Shown piece by piece: positions 1 through 12,255 of a stretch of 64,000 nucleotides of DNA. Location of the stretch: NCBI GenBank assembly GCA_934476235.1, contig CAKSNL010000003.1:206153-270152 (forward strand), given 5' to 3'. The notes beneath the pieces are model-generated. The model saw only the letters and a list, made by a program, of their open reading frames with translations. It was not told the origin of the DNA and made no database searches. The position numbers were made by a program, and so were the translations under genes. Numbering within the stretch: the stretch's first letter is position 1; every line of letters begins with the position of its first letter. Origin of the DNA: an uncultured Clostridia bacterium. Its GTDB lineage: Bacteria > Bacillota > Clostridia > CAKSNL01 > HGM11501.

Positions 1-2
1 AC

Positions 3-788
3 ACCTTCAGAAAGCTTTTGGATTTTGTGACGCTGTTTCCGCATTATTTTGTCGGCTCGAACGCGGATCTTCCGATCGTCGGCGGTTCTATTTTAAGCCA
101 TGACCATTTCCAGGGCGGTCACTATGAGTTTGCAATGGCGAAGGCGCCGATAGAAAAAGAACTTGCTTTTCAGGACTTTTCGGATGTTGAGGCGGGCATC
201 GTAAAATGGCCGCTTTCGACAATAAGGCTCCGTGCGAAGGATTCGGCAAGGCTTTGTGTTTTAGCGGAAAAGATTTTAGACGCTTGGCGTGCATATACGG
301 ATGAGGGCGCGTTCATTTTCGCCGAGACTGACGGCGAAAAGCACAACACAATAACCCCGATAGCCAGAAGAAGGGGAGAGCTTTTTGAGCTTGACCTTGT
401 GTTAAGAAATAATATAACGACAAAGGAGCACCCCCTGGGAGTGTACCATCCCCATGCGGAGCTCCACCACATCAAAAAGGAAAACATCGGTCTTATCGAG
501 GTAATGGGCCTTGCCGTTTTGCCAGCAAGGCTTAAAGAAGAAATGGCGGTTCTTGCGGATTTTATGGTGAATAAAAAGGACTTTTCGTCGGACGGGCGCA
601 CCGAAAAGCATGCGGCATGGGCAAAGGAGATTGCCGAAAAATATCCCGATATAAACAGGGATAACGTTCACGGTGTATTAGAATGCGAGATCGGAAAGGT
701 ATTTGTAAAGGTTTTGGAGGATGCCGGAGTCTATAAGTGCACACCTTCGGGCAGAGAGGCATTCATGCGCTTTATAAAAGCAATATAA
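3..788 (+). CDS. galT: Galactose-1-phosphate uridylyltransferase (type 2, Firmicutes GalT), C-terminal part. The 5' end is outside the window.
   Basis: The translation contains [13 protein letters not shown], characteristic of the type-2 GalT family. The ORF runs to the window edge. Confidence 0.65.
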   Translation, partial: TFRKLLDFVTLFPHYFVGSNADLPIVGGSILSHDHFQGGHYEFAMAKAPIEKELAFQDFSDVEAGIVKWPLSTIRLRAKDSARLCVLAEKILDAWRAYTDEGAFIFAETDGEKHNTITPIARRRGELFELDLVLRNNITTKEHPLGVYHPHAELHHIKKENIGLIEVMGLAVLPARLKEEMAVLADFMVNKKDFSSDGRTEKHAAWAKEIAEKYPDINRDNVHGVLECEIGKVFVKVLEDAGVYKCTPSGREAFMRFIKAI

Positions 789-792
789 GGAA

Positions 793-828
793 AATGCATT
801 CCGGATATCCGGAATGCATTTTAAAAAA
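793..828 (+). terminator. Perfect 12-bp-stem palindrome (aatgcattccgg atat ccggaatgcatt) followed by tt/A-run. Possible terminator or operator between galT and the next gene.
   Basis: Palindrome read directly from the sequence. The T-tract is weak, and the hairpin overlaps the region just upstream of the ATG at 841. Confidence 0.3.
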
Positions 829-840
829 CGGGGGTACTAT

Positions 841-1875
841 ATGAAATTAATTCATACTGCGGATCTGCACCTTTTTTCTCCGTTGTCTGAAAACCTCGGA
901 ATTGAGAAGGCAAAACTGAGAAATTCCGAGGTTTTGGGCACGTTCGGAAGGATTGCGGATTACGCGAAGAAAAATGCGGTCGCCGCCATCTTGATATCGG
1001 GAGACCTCTTTGACGGGAAAAGCATCACCAAGGGGATGGCGGACGCGGTTTTCTCTGTTATTAAAAACGCGCCGGAAACAAGCTTTTATTACCTTCCGGG
1101 AAATCATGACGGTAAGATTGGGTCTTATGACTGCCCGGAAAACCTTAAGGTATTCGGTCCCGGCTTTGAGAAAGCGGAGTGTAAAGATGCCGTTATCGGC
1201 GGTCTCGGGGATGGCGGCAATGCCTCGGACATTGATTTTTCCTCCGATAAAACCAATATCTTAATGCTTCACGGCGACATATCAAACGGCATAAATCTTT
1301 CGCACTTTAAGGGCAAAAACATCGACTATATTGCGCTCGGACATATTCACAGCTTTTCATCGGGGAGCCTTGATATGAGAACGAAATACGCCTACTCCGG
1401 GTGCCCCGAGGGGCGCGGATATGACGAATGCGGGGAAAAGGGCTTTGTGCTCATTAACGCGGAAAACGGAAGGCTTGATTATGAATTTATCCCCTTCGCC
1501 AAAAGGAAGATAAAGGAGATAACCTTAGATGTTACGGGTCTTTCGGAAACGTTAGACGTGGCGGAAAAAGCTGACGGACTTTTATCTCAGGAAAGCCGCG
1601 GCGATATGATAAATCTTGTACTTACAGGCAAGCTTCAGCCCGATAATACCGTGAATACAGAAATAATCGCGGAAAGATACAGGGACAGATTTTTTGATTT
1701 TAAGGTTACGGTGAAAACCTCGCTCCTTTTTGACAAGGATGAATATATGTATGACGATACGCTGAAGGGCGAATTTATAAGGTGTGTCGCGTCAAATGAA
1801 AAATACACCGAAGAGGAAAAGCTTAAGATCATCGAGACGGGGTTAAAGGCGCTCACCGGGGAGGCTCTCATATGA
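841..1875 (+). CDS. Calcineurin-like metallophosphoesterase, SbcD/Mre11-like DNA repair exonuclease (YhaO-like).
   Basis: N-terminal motifs HTADLHL, GDLFD and GNHD. A GGGGG RBS precedes the ATG at 841. The stop overlaps the next gene's start (ATGA). Confidence 0.7.
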   Translation: MKLIHTADLHLFSPLSENLGIEKAKLRNSEVLGTFGRIADYAKKNAVAAILISGDLFDGKSITKGMADAVFSVIKNAPETSFYYLPGNHDGKIGSYDCPENLKVFGPGFEKAECKDAVIGGLGDGGNASDIDFSSDKTNILMLHGDISNGINLSHFKGKNIDYIALGHIHSFSSGSLDMRTKYAYSGCPEGRGYDECGEKGFVLINAENGRLDYEFIPFAKRKIKEITLDVTGLSETLDVAEKADGLLSQESRGDMINLVLTGKLQPDNTVNTEIIAERYRDRFFDFKVTVKTSLLFDKDEYMYDDTLKGEFIRCVASNEKYTEEEKLKIIETGLKALTGEALI

Positions 1876-3851
1876 GGATAAAGGAATGTTACATTGAAAA
1901 TTTCGGAAAGCTTCATCAATATAAAAAGACTTTTTCCGATACTCTTGATGTCACCGTCTCCGATAACGGGTGGGGCAAAACCACATTCACGCTGTTTTTG
2001 AGGGCAATGCTTTTCGGCATGGAGTCAAAACGCGCGAAAAACAGTATACGCGAAAAATTCCGGCCGTGGCAGGGCGGCAAATACGGGGGATATATCGTTT
2101 TTGAGGCGAACGGTAAGAGCTACCGCGCCGAAAGGTATTTCAACGATACCGAAAGCAAGGACACTTTTACGCTCTACGACTGCGAAAACGGGATGATTTC
2201 GGACGATTATCCGGAAGATATCGGAGTAATGCTGCTTCATACGGACAGGGAAACCTTTGCAAAGACCGCGTACATTCCGCACGGCGGGGTGGAGGTCAGC
2301 TTTGAGAACGACGGCAAGATAATTTCAGCTCTTGAGAGCGGGGAAAGCTCCGGCGATAAGGATTATGACAGGGCGCACGCCGCGTTAATAAAAGCCGAAA
2401 CATACTACGAAAAGCGCGGCGGAGGGAAAATAGCCGATACGGAAAAAGAAATTTTCCGCCTTAAAGAAAAGCTTTCCGAGGCAGAGAAAAGCGCATCAAG
2501 GAAAGAGGAGCTTGAAAAGAAATTAAACAAGCTTTTAGCAGAATCTGAAGATATCAAAGCAAAGATAAATGATGAAAACAAAAAGCAGGGCGCAAATATT
2601 ATAAATGAGGATATCAGCCATTTCAGGCACAAAATAGCGCAAAATATATCAAAGCTTAAGTCCATCCCGACAAAGGAGGAGCTCATAACTCTTTCGGAGC
2701 TGACGGATAGCTTCAGAATGGCGCAAAGACTTGAGGACGAAAAGGAAAGCGCTTATGTTTCGCCCGAGGATAAGGAAAAGATAGCCAAGTTTTTAAAAAG
2801 GGACGGCGAAGCAAAAAACGGAAAATACAGATACTTTTCTGTCATTTTGCTTATAATTTCTCTGCTTTTCTTTGCGGCGGCGTTTATTAAGAGCATATAT
2901 CCGCTTGCCGTTTTGGGGGCACTTTTGCTCCTTGCTGCGATGTATTTTATTCTGGATATTCCTTATAAGAACCAAAGGAAAAGTCTGGAGCGTGAGGCGG
3001 ATATCCTGTCACAGGAGATAACCGGCAGGAGCGGAGATACAGGCTTGCTCAGGGAGCTCTATCATAGCGCAGATAAAAGAAAAACAGAGTTAAAGCTGAG
3101 AGCCGATGAGGCATACAGGGCACTTTCTGAATTTGCCGCACGTTTTTCTGATGCCGACCCGTGTGAGGCATACGTGTTTCTTAACAAAACACTTAATGAG
3201 ATCGAGTCTTGCAAGGAAAATATAGCGCGCTATGAAAAACGGCTCTCAGAGCTCGGGATTGATGTGGTTTATTCACCGGAAAAAACCGCATTACTCGGGG
3301 AGAGGGAGCGCGCTTTGGCAGATGAAATACTCGCGCTGCAAAGAGAGCTCATTTCAATTGAGGAGAAAAACTTAAATATTTCAGAGCTTAGATACGAATA
3401 TGAGAAAGAAAAGCACACCCTCCGAAGGCTGAAGGACGAATTTTTCATATTAAAGGAAGCGGAGCTTTCTCTCATCAAGGCAAAGGAGTCGCTTAAAAGC
3501 AGGTATTCAGGCAAGATAAGGGAGCTTTTTTCCGAATACATAAAAATGCTCTCGTCCCCTTGGGAGGCGGAGCTTGACTCGTCCTTAAAAGTAAACGTCC
3601 TCACCAACGGTGAAACGCACCCGTTTGACGATTTCAGCAGCGGAGAGCGCGATCTTTTCGGGCTTGCCTTAAGGTTCGCCGTGCTCGGAGCCATATATTC
3701 GTCGGAAACGCCGCCCGTAATATTAGACGACCCTTTGATAAATCTGGACGAGGGCAAAAGGGAGCGTGCACTTACGTTTATCAAAAAAATGTCAGCGCTC
3801 TACCAGATGATATATTTCACCTGCGACAGCAAAAGGGCGCCGGGTGAATAA
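1872..3851 (+). CDS. SbcC/Rad50-like AAA ATPase with central coiled-coil and a two-helix transmembrane hairpin (YhaN-like).
   Basis: N-terminal Walker A region (DNGWGKTTF). A long K/E-rich coiled coil. Hydrophobic stretch FSVILLIISLLFFAAAFIKSIYPLAVLGALLLLAAMYFIL. C-terminal signature/D-loop region (FSSGERDLFGLAL...VILDDPLINLD). Translationally coupled to the upstream phosphoesterase. Confidence 0.65.
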   Translation: MRIKECYIENFGKLHQYKKTFSDTLDVTVSDNGWGKTTFTLFLRAMLFGMESKRAKNSIREKFRPWQGGKYGGYIVFEANGKSYRAERYFNDTESKDTFTLYDCENGMISDDYPEDIGVMLLHTDRETFAKTAYIPHGGVEVSFENDGKIISALESGESSGDKDYDRAHAALIKAETYYEKRGGGKIADTEKEIFRLKEKLSEAEKSASRKEELEKKLNKLLAESEDIKAKINDENKKQGANIINEDISHFRHKIAQNISKLKSIPTKEELITLSELTDSFRMAQRLEDEKESAYVSPEDKEKIAKFLKRDGEAKNGKYRYFSVILLIISLLFFAAAFIKSIYPLAVLGALLLLAAMYFILDIPYKNQRKSLEREADILSQEITGRSGDTGLLRELYHSADKRKTELKLRADEAYRALSEFAARFSDADPCEAYVFLNKTLNEIESCKENIARYEKRLSELGIDVVYSPEKTALLGERERALADEILALQRELISIEEKNLNISELRYEYEKEKHTLRRLKDEFFILKEAELSLIKAKESLKSRYSGKIRELFSEYIKMLSSPWEAELDSSLKVNVLTNGETHPFDDFSSGERDLFGLALRFAVLGAIYSSETPPVILDDPLINLDEGKRERALTFIKKMSALYQMIYFTCDSKRAPGE

Positions 3852-3945
3852 CAAAAAAATGAAGAAATAAGGCACTTCAGTGCAAAAAAATTAAGGTAAT
3901 GCCTCCTTATATTGTGCTATAATGCAATATAAGGAGGTTGTTTTT

Positions 3946-6363
3946 ATGAAAAAAATATTATTAATTGCTTTATCCTTATTACTTATGTTTTCTTTGATAA
4001 CGGTTTCGTATGCCGCCGATACGGTATATAAAGCCGAGGATTCATGGAAAATTGAGGCAAGCAGCGACAAGGGAAATTCAATCGGGAAAGCGTTTGACGG
4101 CGACACGTCCACCTACTGGCACACTAATTACGAGAAAGGTTCGGACGGTAAGAACGTTATCGATCCGTGCCCGCACACCGTTACAGTGACATTCCCCGAG
4201 GCACTTGAAATTTCCGGCGTGAGATATGTTCCGAAGCAGAAAACTGAAAAGGATGCATCGGCTTCCGGCGCATGGAAAGCGGCTGACATCTATACATCTG
4301 CTGACGGCAAAAACTTTAAAAAGGCTGCAACACAGACTTTTGATATAGCCGGCACAAGAGAGACCGTTGACATTTCAATTGCGAAGGGCAAGTACAAGGC
4401 AATGAGAGTCGTTGTAACCGACGGTGTTAACGGCTATGCCACTGCTGCGGAGATAGGGTTTATAGGTTCGGGAGCCACCTCTTCCGGAACAAAGACCGAG
4501 ACAAAGACAGAAACGAAAACCGACACCAAAACCGAAACGAAAACCGAAACCAAAACGGAAACGACCGGCAATACCTTATTATCCGGCAATGCTTACGAAT
4601 ATGATATCTTGTGGAAGATTGAAGCAAGCAGCGACTTTGGTGAAACGGTGAACAGAGCGTTTGACGGCGACACGTCCACCTACTGGCACACCAATTACAA
4701 AAAAGGTGACGACGGAAAGAATATTATTGAGCCTTACCCGCATACCGTTACCGTAACATTCCCCGAGGCGCTTGAAATTTCGGGAGTAAGATATGTCCCG
4801 AAGCAGAAAACCGAAAAGGATGCATCGGCTTCCGGTACATGGAAATCGGCTGATATATACGGTTCGGCTGACGGCAAGGACTTTGAAAAGATTGGGTCCT
4901 CCACTTTTGATGTAGCTTCCGCGCGCGAGGCATGCGACATTAAGATCAAGGCGGGTAAGTACAAGGCAATGAGAGTCGTTGTAACCGACGGTGTCAACGG
5001 CTATGCCACCGCCGCGGAGATAGAGTTTATAAAGCCCGGCAACAGCTCCGCGGACAATACTAAGACGGACGATACCAAGAAAGAAGCGCTCAAGAGCATC
5101 ATAATGACGATTGATTCAGACTCGGCAGAGGTTCTGGGAAAAACCGTTAAGCTTGCAGCAGCTCCCGTTATCAGAGACGGAAGAACGCTTGTGCCCGTAA
5201 GATTTGTTTCGGAAAACCTCGGTTCAAACGTTGACTGGAATAACGATACGCGCGAGGTTACGATATCCGACGGGTCGAACAGAATTTCACTTAAGATCGA
5301 TTCTGACTCTGTCAGCGTAAACGGCGTTTCGTATAAGCTTGACGTTCCGGCAATGATAATCGGAAGCTCGACCATGGTTCCGATAAGATTTGTTTCCGAA
5401 AGCCTCGGAGCAAAAGTGGAATGGAACGGGGATAAAAAGGAGATAACTATCACAATGCCCTTGACGATTGCATGCTGGGGCGACAGCCTGACCTACGGAG
5501 ACGGTGCAACGATCTCGGCTTATCCGAAGGTTTTGGGAAAGCTCACCGGAGCAAAGGTCTATAACCTCGGCATCGGCGGAGAGACCGCTCTTACCATTGC
5601 GGCAAGACAGGGCGCATATGACATAGTATTTGGCTCGGATTTCACGATTCCGGAATCCGGAAGCGTGGAGCTTCCGCTTTCAAAGGAAGCTGACGGCAAT
5701 TTCCTTTTGACAGAAGGCGGAGGACATGTTTTCCCGAGGTCAACCAATGCAAAGTGGAATCCGTGCTACATAAACGGAGTTGAGGGAACCTTAAGCATTG
5801 ATGTTGACACGACAAAGTTCCCGCGCGTGTTAAACAGTGTTAAGTTTTCAAGAAAAGACTCCGGATCTGTTGTTGAGGTTAAAAAGGGCGATAGGCTCAT
5901 AACCTCCGCAAGCTATGTAAACGCAGACATAAATGTAATTTATATCGGCGTTAACGGATGCTGGAGCGAGGACAACCAGAACGGTAAAAACACCGTTGAA
6001 CAGTCCGCAAAGCTCATAGGCACAATCAAAAAAATGATAGAAAACACTCCCGATCCCGAAAAGTATCTTGTTATCGGATACACCATCGGCGAGAAGGACA
6101 GCTGGAATGTGCTTGACGCCGAAATGAAAAAAGCCTTCGGAGAACACTATGTTGACGCGAAAGCCGACCTTGTGAGCGAGGAAAGCTTAAAGGCAAAGGG
6201 CGTTACTCCCACAGAAAACGATAAAGCAGACATTGCAAAGGGTGCCGTTCCCGAATCGTTCAGAAAGAGTGCGACCGATAAGGTACATCTTAACGATCTG
6301 GGCTACACCGTTCTTGCGGAGGCTGTGAACAAAAAAATCACCGAGCTTGGATATATAAAATAA
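3946..6363 (+). CDS. Secreted multidomain SGNH/GDSL hydrolase with two F5/8 type C (discoidin) domains, a TKTETK linker, and two copper-amine-oxidase-N-terminal-like domains.
   Basis: AGGAGG RBS then ATG at 3946. Signal peptide MKKILLIALSLLLMFSLITVSYA. Two copies of FDGDTSTYWHTNY (F5/8 type C). Two copies of TLVPVRFVSE.LG..V.WN (CAO-N-like). GDSL block IACWGDSLTYG and C-terminal DKVHLND (D-x-x-H). Confidence 0.7.
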   Translation: MKKILLIALSLLLMFSLITVSYAADTVYKAEDSWKIEASSDKGNSIGKAFDGDTSTYWHTNYEKGSDGKNVIDPCPHTVTVTFPEALEISGVRYVPKQKTEKDASASGAWKAADIYTSADGKNFKKAATQTFDIAGTRETVDISIAKGKYKAMRVVVTDGVNGYATAAEIGFIGSGATSSGTKTETKTETKTDTKTETKTETKTETTGNTLLSGNAYEYDILWKIEASSDFGETVNRAFDGDTSTYWHTNYKKGDDGKNIIEPYPHTVTVTFPEALEISGVRYVPKQKTEKDASASGTWKSADIYGSADGKDFEKIGSSTFDVASAREACDIKIKAGKYKAMRVVVTDGVNGYATAAEIEFIKPGNSSADNTKTDDTKKEALKSIIMTIDSDSAEVLGKTVKLAAAPVIRDGRTLVPVRFVSENLGSNVDWNNDTREVTISDGSNRISLKIDSDSVSVNGVSYKLDVPAMIIGSSTMVPIRFVSESLGAKVEWNGDKKEITITMPLTIACWGDSLTYGDGATISAYPKVLGKLTGAKVYNLGIGGETALTIAARQGAYDIVFGSDFTIPESGSVELPLSKEADGNFLLTEGGGHVFPRSTNAKWNPCYINGVEGTLSIDVDTTKFPRVLNSVKFSRKDSGSVVEVKKGDRLITSASYVNADINVIYIGVNGCWSEDNQNGKNTVEQSAKLIGTIKKMIENTPDPEKYLVIGYTIGEKDSWNVLDAEMKKAFGEHYVDAKADLVSEESLKAKGVTPTENDKADIAKGAVPESFRKSATDKVHLNDLGYTVLAEAVNKKITELGYIK
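4489..4569 (+). repeat. Tandem ~18-nt (TKTETK) coding microsatellite inside the hydrolase gene.
   Basis: Protein stretch TKTETKTETKTDTKTETKTETKTETT. The DNA is an imperfect ac(a/c)ga(a/g)ac(a/c)aa period. Confidence 0.6.
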
Positions 6364-6371
6364 TTTTCCGA

Positions 6372-6405
6372 AAGAACCTGCGCTTTAAGGCAGGTTCTTT
6401 TTGTT
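6372..6405 (+). terminator. Rho-independent terminator.
   Basis: agaacctgc-gctttaag-gcaggttct followed by ttttt, directly after the hydrolase stop. Confidence 0.7.
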
Positions 6406-6507
6406 ACTTGTGTATAAAAAAATATCGTTAAATTTTAAACGATTTGCCTTTAATTCCCTTGTCAAACCGAAAAAATTATTGTATAATAAGGCTATGGAGG
6501 AAAAATT

Positions 6508-7455
6508 ATGAACATTACATTTCTTGACGCACGGGCAATCGGAAACGATGTATCGCTTGATATATTAAGAGAGGTCGGCAATCTCACGGTTGAGGAAAAG
6601 ACCGGTCAGGACGAGGTTGCACATAAGCTTGGCGATACTGAGGTTTTAATCGTAAACAAGCTTAAGCTTAACGAAGAAAGTTTAAAAAACGCAGAAAAGC
6701 TCAAATTAATATGTGTTACCGCAACGGGTTATGACAATATTGATATTGATTATTGCAGAAAAAAACACATCGGCGTCTGCAATGTTGTCGGCTATTCCTC
6801 TCGCAGTGTGGCTGAGGTCACCGCGGCGATGGTTCTTTATCTTTCAACACATCTTGGCGAATACAGGTCTTATGTCGGGAGCGGAGCTTACTCAAAAAGC
6901 GGTACGGCAAATAAATTAACCCCCGTGTTTCATGAATTGTATAAAAAAACGTGGGGAATAATAGGGTATGGCAATATAGGACGGGAAGTGGGCGCGGTTG
7001 CGTCCGCACTCGGGTGCAGTATACTTACCTACAGAAAAACCAAAACGCCCGGCTGCGTTACTTTGGATGAACTTTTGAAAAAATCGGACATAATAAGCAT
7101 ACATACTCCGCTGACTGATGAAACAAGGGGGCTTATCGGCGAAAGGGAGCTTTCGCTTATGAAAAAGGATGTAATCTTAGTAAATACCTCGCGCGGAGCG
7201 GTGACGGATGAAGCGGCGGTTGCCGCGGCGGTCAAAAATAAAAGTATCGGGGCGTTCGGGACAGATGTTTATTCAGCGGAGCCTTTTCTGGAAAGCGACC
7301 CGCTCTATGCAATCAAGGATCTTCCCAATGTGTGCCTGACTCCGCACATGGCGTGGGGTGCTTTTGAGGCGAGAACGCGCTGTATAGATGAGATTGCCGA
7401 AAACATCAGGGATTTTTACGGCGGCGGAAAAAGGAACAGAGTTGACCTTATCTGA
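6508..7455 (+). CDS. D-isomer-specific 2-hydroxyacid dehydrogenase (glycerate/hydroxypyruvate reductase-like).
   Basis: NAD-binding motif GIIGYGNIGREVG. Catalytic-domain pattern ending HMAWG. Confidence 0.75.
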   Translation: MNITFLDARAIGNDVSLDILREVGNLTVEEKTGQDEVAHKLGDTEVLIVNKLKLNEESLKNAEKLKLICVTATGYDNIDIDYCRKKHIGVCNVVGYSSRSVAEVTAAMVLYLSTHLGEYRSYVGSGAYSKSGTANKLTPVFHELYKKTWGIIGYGNIGREVGAVASALGCSILTYRKTKTPGCVTLDELLKKSDIISIHTPLTDETRGLIGERELSLMKKDVILVNTSRGAVTDEAAVAAAVKNKSIGAFGTDVYSAEPFLESDPLYAIKDLPNVCLTPHMAWGAFEARTRCIDEIAENIRDFYGGGKRNRVDLI

Positions 7456-7577
7456 TGATTATCGTGCTAAAATAGACAAAAAAGTACATTAGTCGTCACG
7501 CGGTACATAAATTGAATATTGCTTTTTAACCATATTTCGGTTTATAATTAAACTATAATGAAAAGGGGCGGTTATTT

Positions 7578-7889
7578 ATGGCAAAGGATGCTGTTGAAAT
7601 GATAAAAAATGCCGAGCAGAGGGCATATGAAATCGTGAATAAGGCAAAGGCTGATGCTAAAGCAATGACCGATAATGCATTAAACGAAAAAAAATCAATG
7701 ATTGAAAAAAGCATAGCCGCCGCTAATGAAGAGATATCAAAACGCGATGGCGACATGAAAAAGGTCTGCGATGAAAAGATCGCGTCGGAAACCGAAAATT
7801 ACAGAGCCGAGGTTAAGCAAAGCTTTTCCGACATAGAAAAAAGAATAGGGAAAACTGCCGAAAAGGTTGTCAGAGAGATATTTGCATAA
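7578..7889 (+). CDS. ntpF: V-type ATP synthase subunit G/H (NtpF-like).
   Basis: 103-aa charged helical protein. It is the first gene of the V-ATPase operon. Confidence 0.6.
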   Translation: MAKDAVEMIKNAEQRAYEIVNKAKADAKAMTDNALNEKKSMIEKSIAAANEEISKRDGDMKKVCDEKIASETENYRAEVKQSFSDIEKRIGKTAEKVVREIFA

Positions 7890-7908
7890 TCTTTGAGAGG
7901 ATGTCATT

Positions 7909-10339
<2,431 letters not shown>

Positions 10340-10355
10340 TTTCAAGGAGGAGCTT

Positions 10356-10931
10356 ATGGATCAACTTGACAAAATAATTTCGCATATAGAAAATGAGGCT
10401 GACGAAGAAGCCAAAATGATTCTGGCAGAAGCGGAAAAAAAGTGCAGCGGAATTTTGGAAGACGGAAAAGCCGAAGCGAAAAGGGAGTATGATTCAGCGC
10501 TCGAAGCACAAAAGGCAAAAGAGGAGAGGGATTATGCGGCGGCACTTTCTTTGATAGAACGTGAAAAGCGCATGATAAATCTTCAGTGTAAAGCAAACAT
10601 AATTGAGCGCACGGTAAACGAGGCTCTTAAGATGATTGACAACATGGATTTTAAGGATTATGAGAGCTGCCTCGTTTTCTTGGCAGAAAAATATTCCGAT
10701 AAGAGCGAAAAGGGAGAAATATATCTTTCCGACGGCGATATTTCAAAGCTATCGGACGGCACAAAGGAAAAATTTAATTCGCTCGGGCTTTCGGTTAAAT
10801 CCGGCGGTTCTGACTTTCCGAAGGGCATGGTTATAAAATACGGCGATGTGGAAGAAAACTGCACCGTAGGAGCGCTTCTTCATGAGAAAAGGGAACATAT
10901 CAACGATATTATAGCAAAAGAACTACTCTAA
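10356..10931 (+). CDS. ntpE: V-type ATP synthase subunit E.
   Basis: 191-aa charged helical protein. Position in operon. Confidence 0.7.
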   Translation: MDQLDKIISHIENEADEEAKMILAEAEKKCSGILEDGKAEAKREYDSALEAQKAKEERDYAAALSLIEREKRMINLQCKANIIERTVNEALKMIDNMDFKDYESCLVFLAEKYSDKSEKGEIYLSDGDISKLSDGTKEKFNSLGLSVKSGGSDFPKGMVIKYGDVEENCTVGALLHEKREHINDIIAKELL

Positions 10932-10938
10932 AGGGTGA

Positions 10939-11907
10939 TTGCATTTGAACAGCATTGATTACGCTTACAGCGTTGCACATATAAGGGCAATGGAAAACGG
11001 GCTCTTATCAAAGTCCGACTATGAGGCTTTAATGACCTCATCGGAAGAAAATTGCCTGAGGCTGCTCTCGGAAAAAGGCTACCGCCGGGATATCGGCAGG
11101 ACGGATGCTTTATTGAATGAAAGAATTGCCGATGCGTGGAATCTCCTTCTTTCTTCGGCGCCGGATAAGAGTATGCTTGAGATTTTATTGTATGAAAATG
11201 ATTTTGAGAATTTAAAAACCGTTTTGAAAGGCATTTTCACCGATTCGGAGCTTTATAAGGAGCTTTTATTAACTCCGACGGTATCGGATTGGGAAAAGAA
11301 CAGCCGTCTTATTGCCGAGAAGAATTTTTCGGCGCTTCCGGATGAATTTAAATCCTGTGCGGACGAGGCTTTTGAAATTCTCGCGCTTACATTAGACGCT
11401 GACAGGGCGGACGCGGTGGTCGACTCTTCATGCATGGCTTTAATGTTCCGCCTTGCAAAAGAGACGGGCAATGACTTTTTAATAAATATTGCGACGCTGA
11501 AAAATACATTAAAAAACATAAAGACCGCATACAGGTCGGCGGCAACAGGCAAGGGCGTTAATTTTTTAGACACGGCGCTGACGGAATGTTCCTCACTTAA
11601 CAAAAATCTCCTTATAAAGGCAGCTCTGGAGGGAAAAGACGCGGTTTATGACTTTCTCACATCAAACGGCTACGGTGAGGCGGCAAGGCTCATAAATGAG
11701 TCCTATTCGGCATTTGAGCTTTACCAGGATAACAAGATCAGCGAAACGGCAAAAAACTCCATATACACGTCGTTCGGAGTTGAGCCTCTGATAGCGTATC
11801 TTTTCAAGGTCATGACCGAGGTTAAAAACGTGAGAATAATATTAACCGCCAAGGCAAATAAAATTGACGACGGCGAGATCAGGGCGCGGCTGCGTTCGTT
11901 TGCATGA
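10939..11907 (+). CDS. ntpC: V-type ATP synthase subunit C.
   Basis: 322 aa. Operon position between the E and F subunits. Confidence 0.7.
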   Translation: MHLNSIDYAYSVAHIRAMENGLLSKSDYEALMTSSEENCLRLLSEKGYRRDIGRTDALLNERIADAWNLLLSSAPDKSMLEILLYENDFENLKTVLKGIFTDSELYKELLLTPTVSDWEKNSRLIAEKNFSALPDEFKSCADEAFEILALTLDADRADAVVDSSCMALMFRLAKETGNDFLINIATLKNTLKNIKTAYRSAATGKGVNFLDTALTECSSLNKNLLIKAALEGKDAVYDFLTSNGYGEAARLINESYSAFELYQDNKISETAKNSIYTSFGVEPLIAYLFKVMTEVKNVRIILTAKANKIDDGEIRARLRSFA

Positions 11908-11916
11908 GGTGAAAAA

Positions 11917-12231
11917 ATGCGCGATATATGTATAATAGGCGACTATGACAGTGTCTGCGGTTACACAGTCCTCGGAATTAAGGTTTTTGCGGTTTCGGAC
12001 AGCCGCGAGGCGTCGGACGTTCTTAAAAAGAATACCGATACCGCTAAAATAATATTCATCACAGAACCGCTTGCCGAGGCACTGAAGGACGAAATAGATA
12101 TTTTTAATGACAGATTGCTTCCCGCCATTATTCCGGTTCCTTCAATAAAGGGAGGATCGGGATTCGCCGGGGCGCGTATTTCCGAAGCGGTCAAGCAGGC
12201 AGTCGGCTCCGACATTTCGTTCGGAGAATAA
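11917..12231 (+). CDS. ntpG: V-type ATP synthase subunit F.
   Basis: 104 aa. Operon position. Confidence 0.7.
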   Translation: MRDICIIGDYDSVCGYTVLGIKVFAVSDSREASDVLKKNTDTAKIIFITEPLAEALKDEIDIFNDRLLPAIIPVPSIKGGSGFAGARISEAVKQAVGSDISFGE

Positions 12232-12255
12232 TAATACTGAAACGGAGAGTTAGAT

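Noticed and set aside
4489-4569. Short tandem repeats, considered as a possible CRISPR array.
   Set aside because: The units are 18 nt, contiguous and in-frame within a CDS, with no spacers and no cas genes. It is a coding microsatellite.
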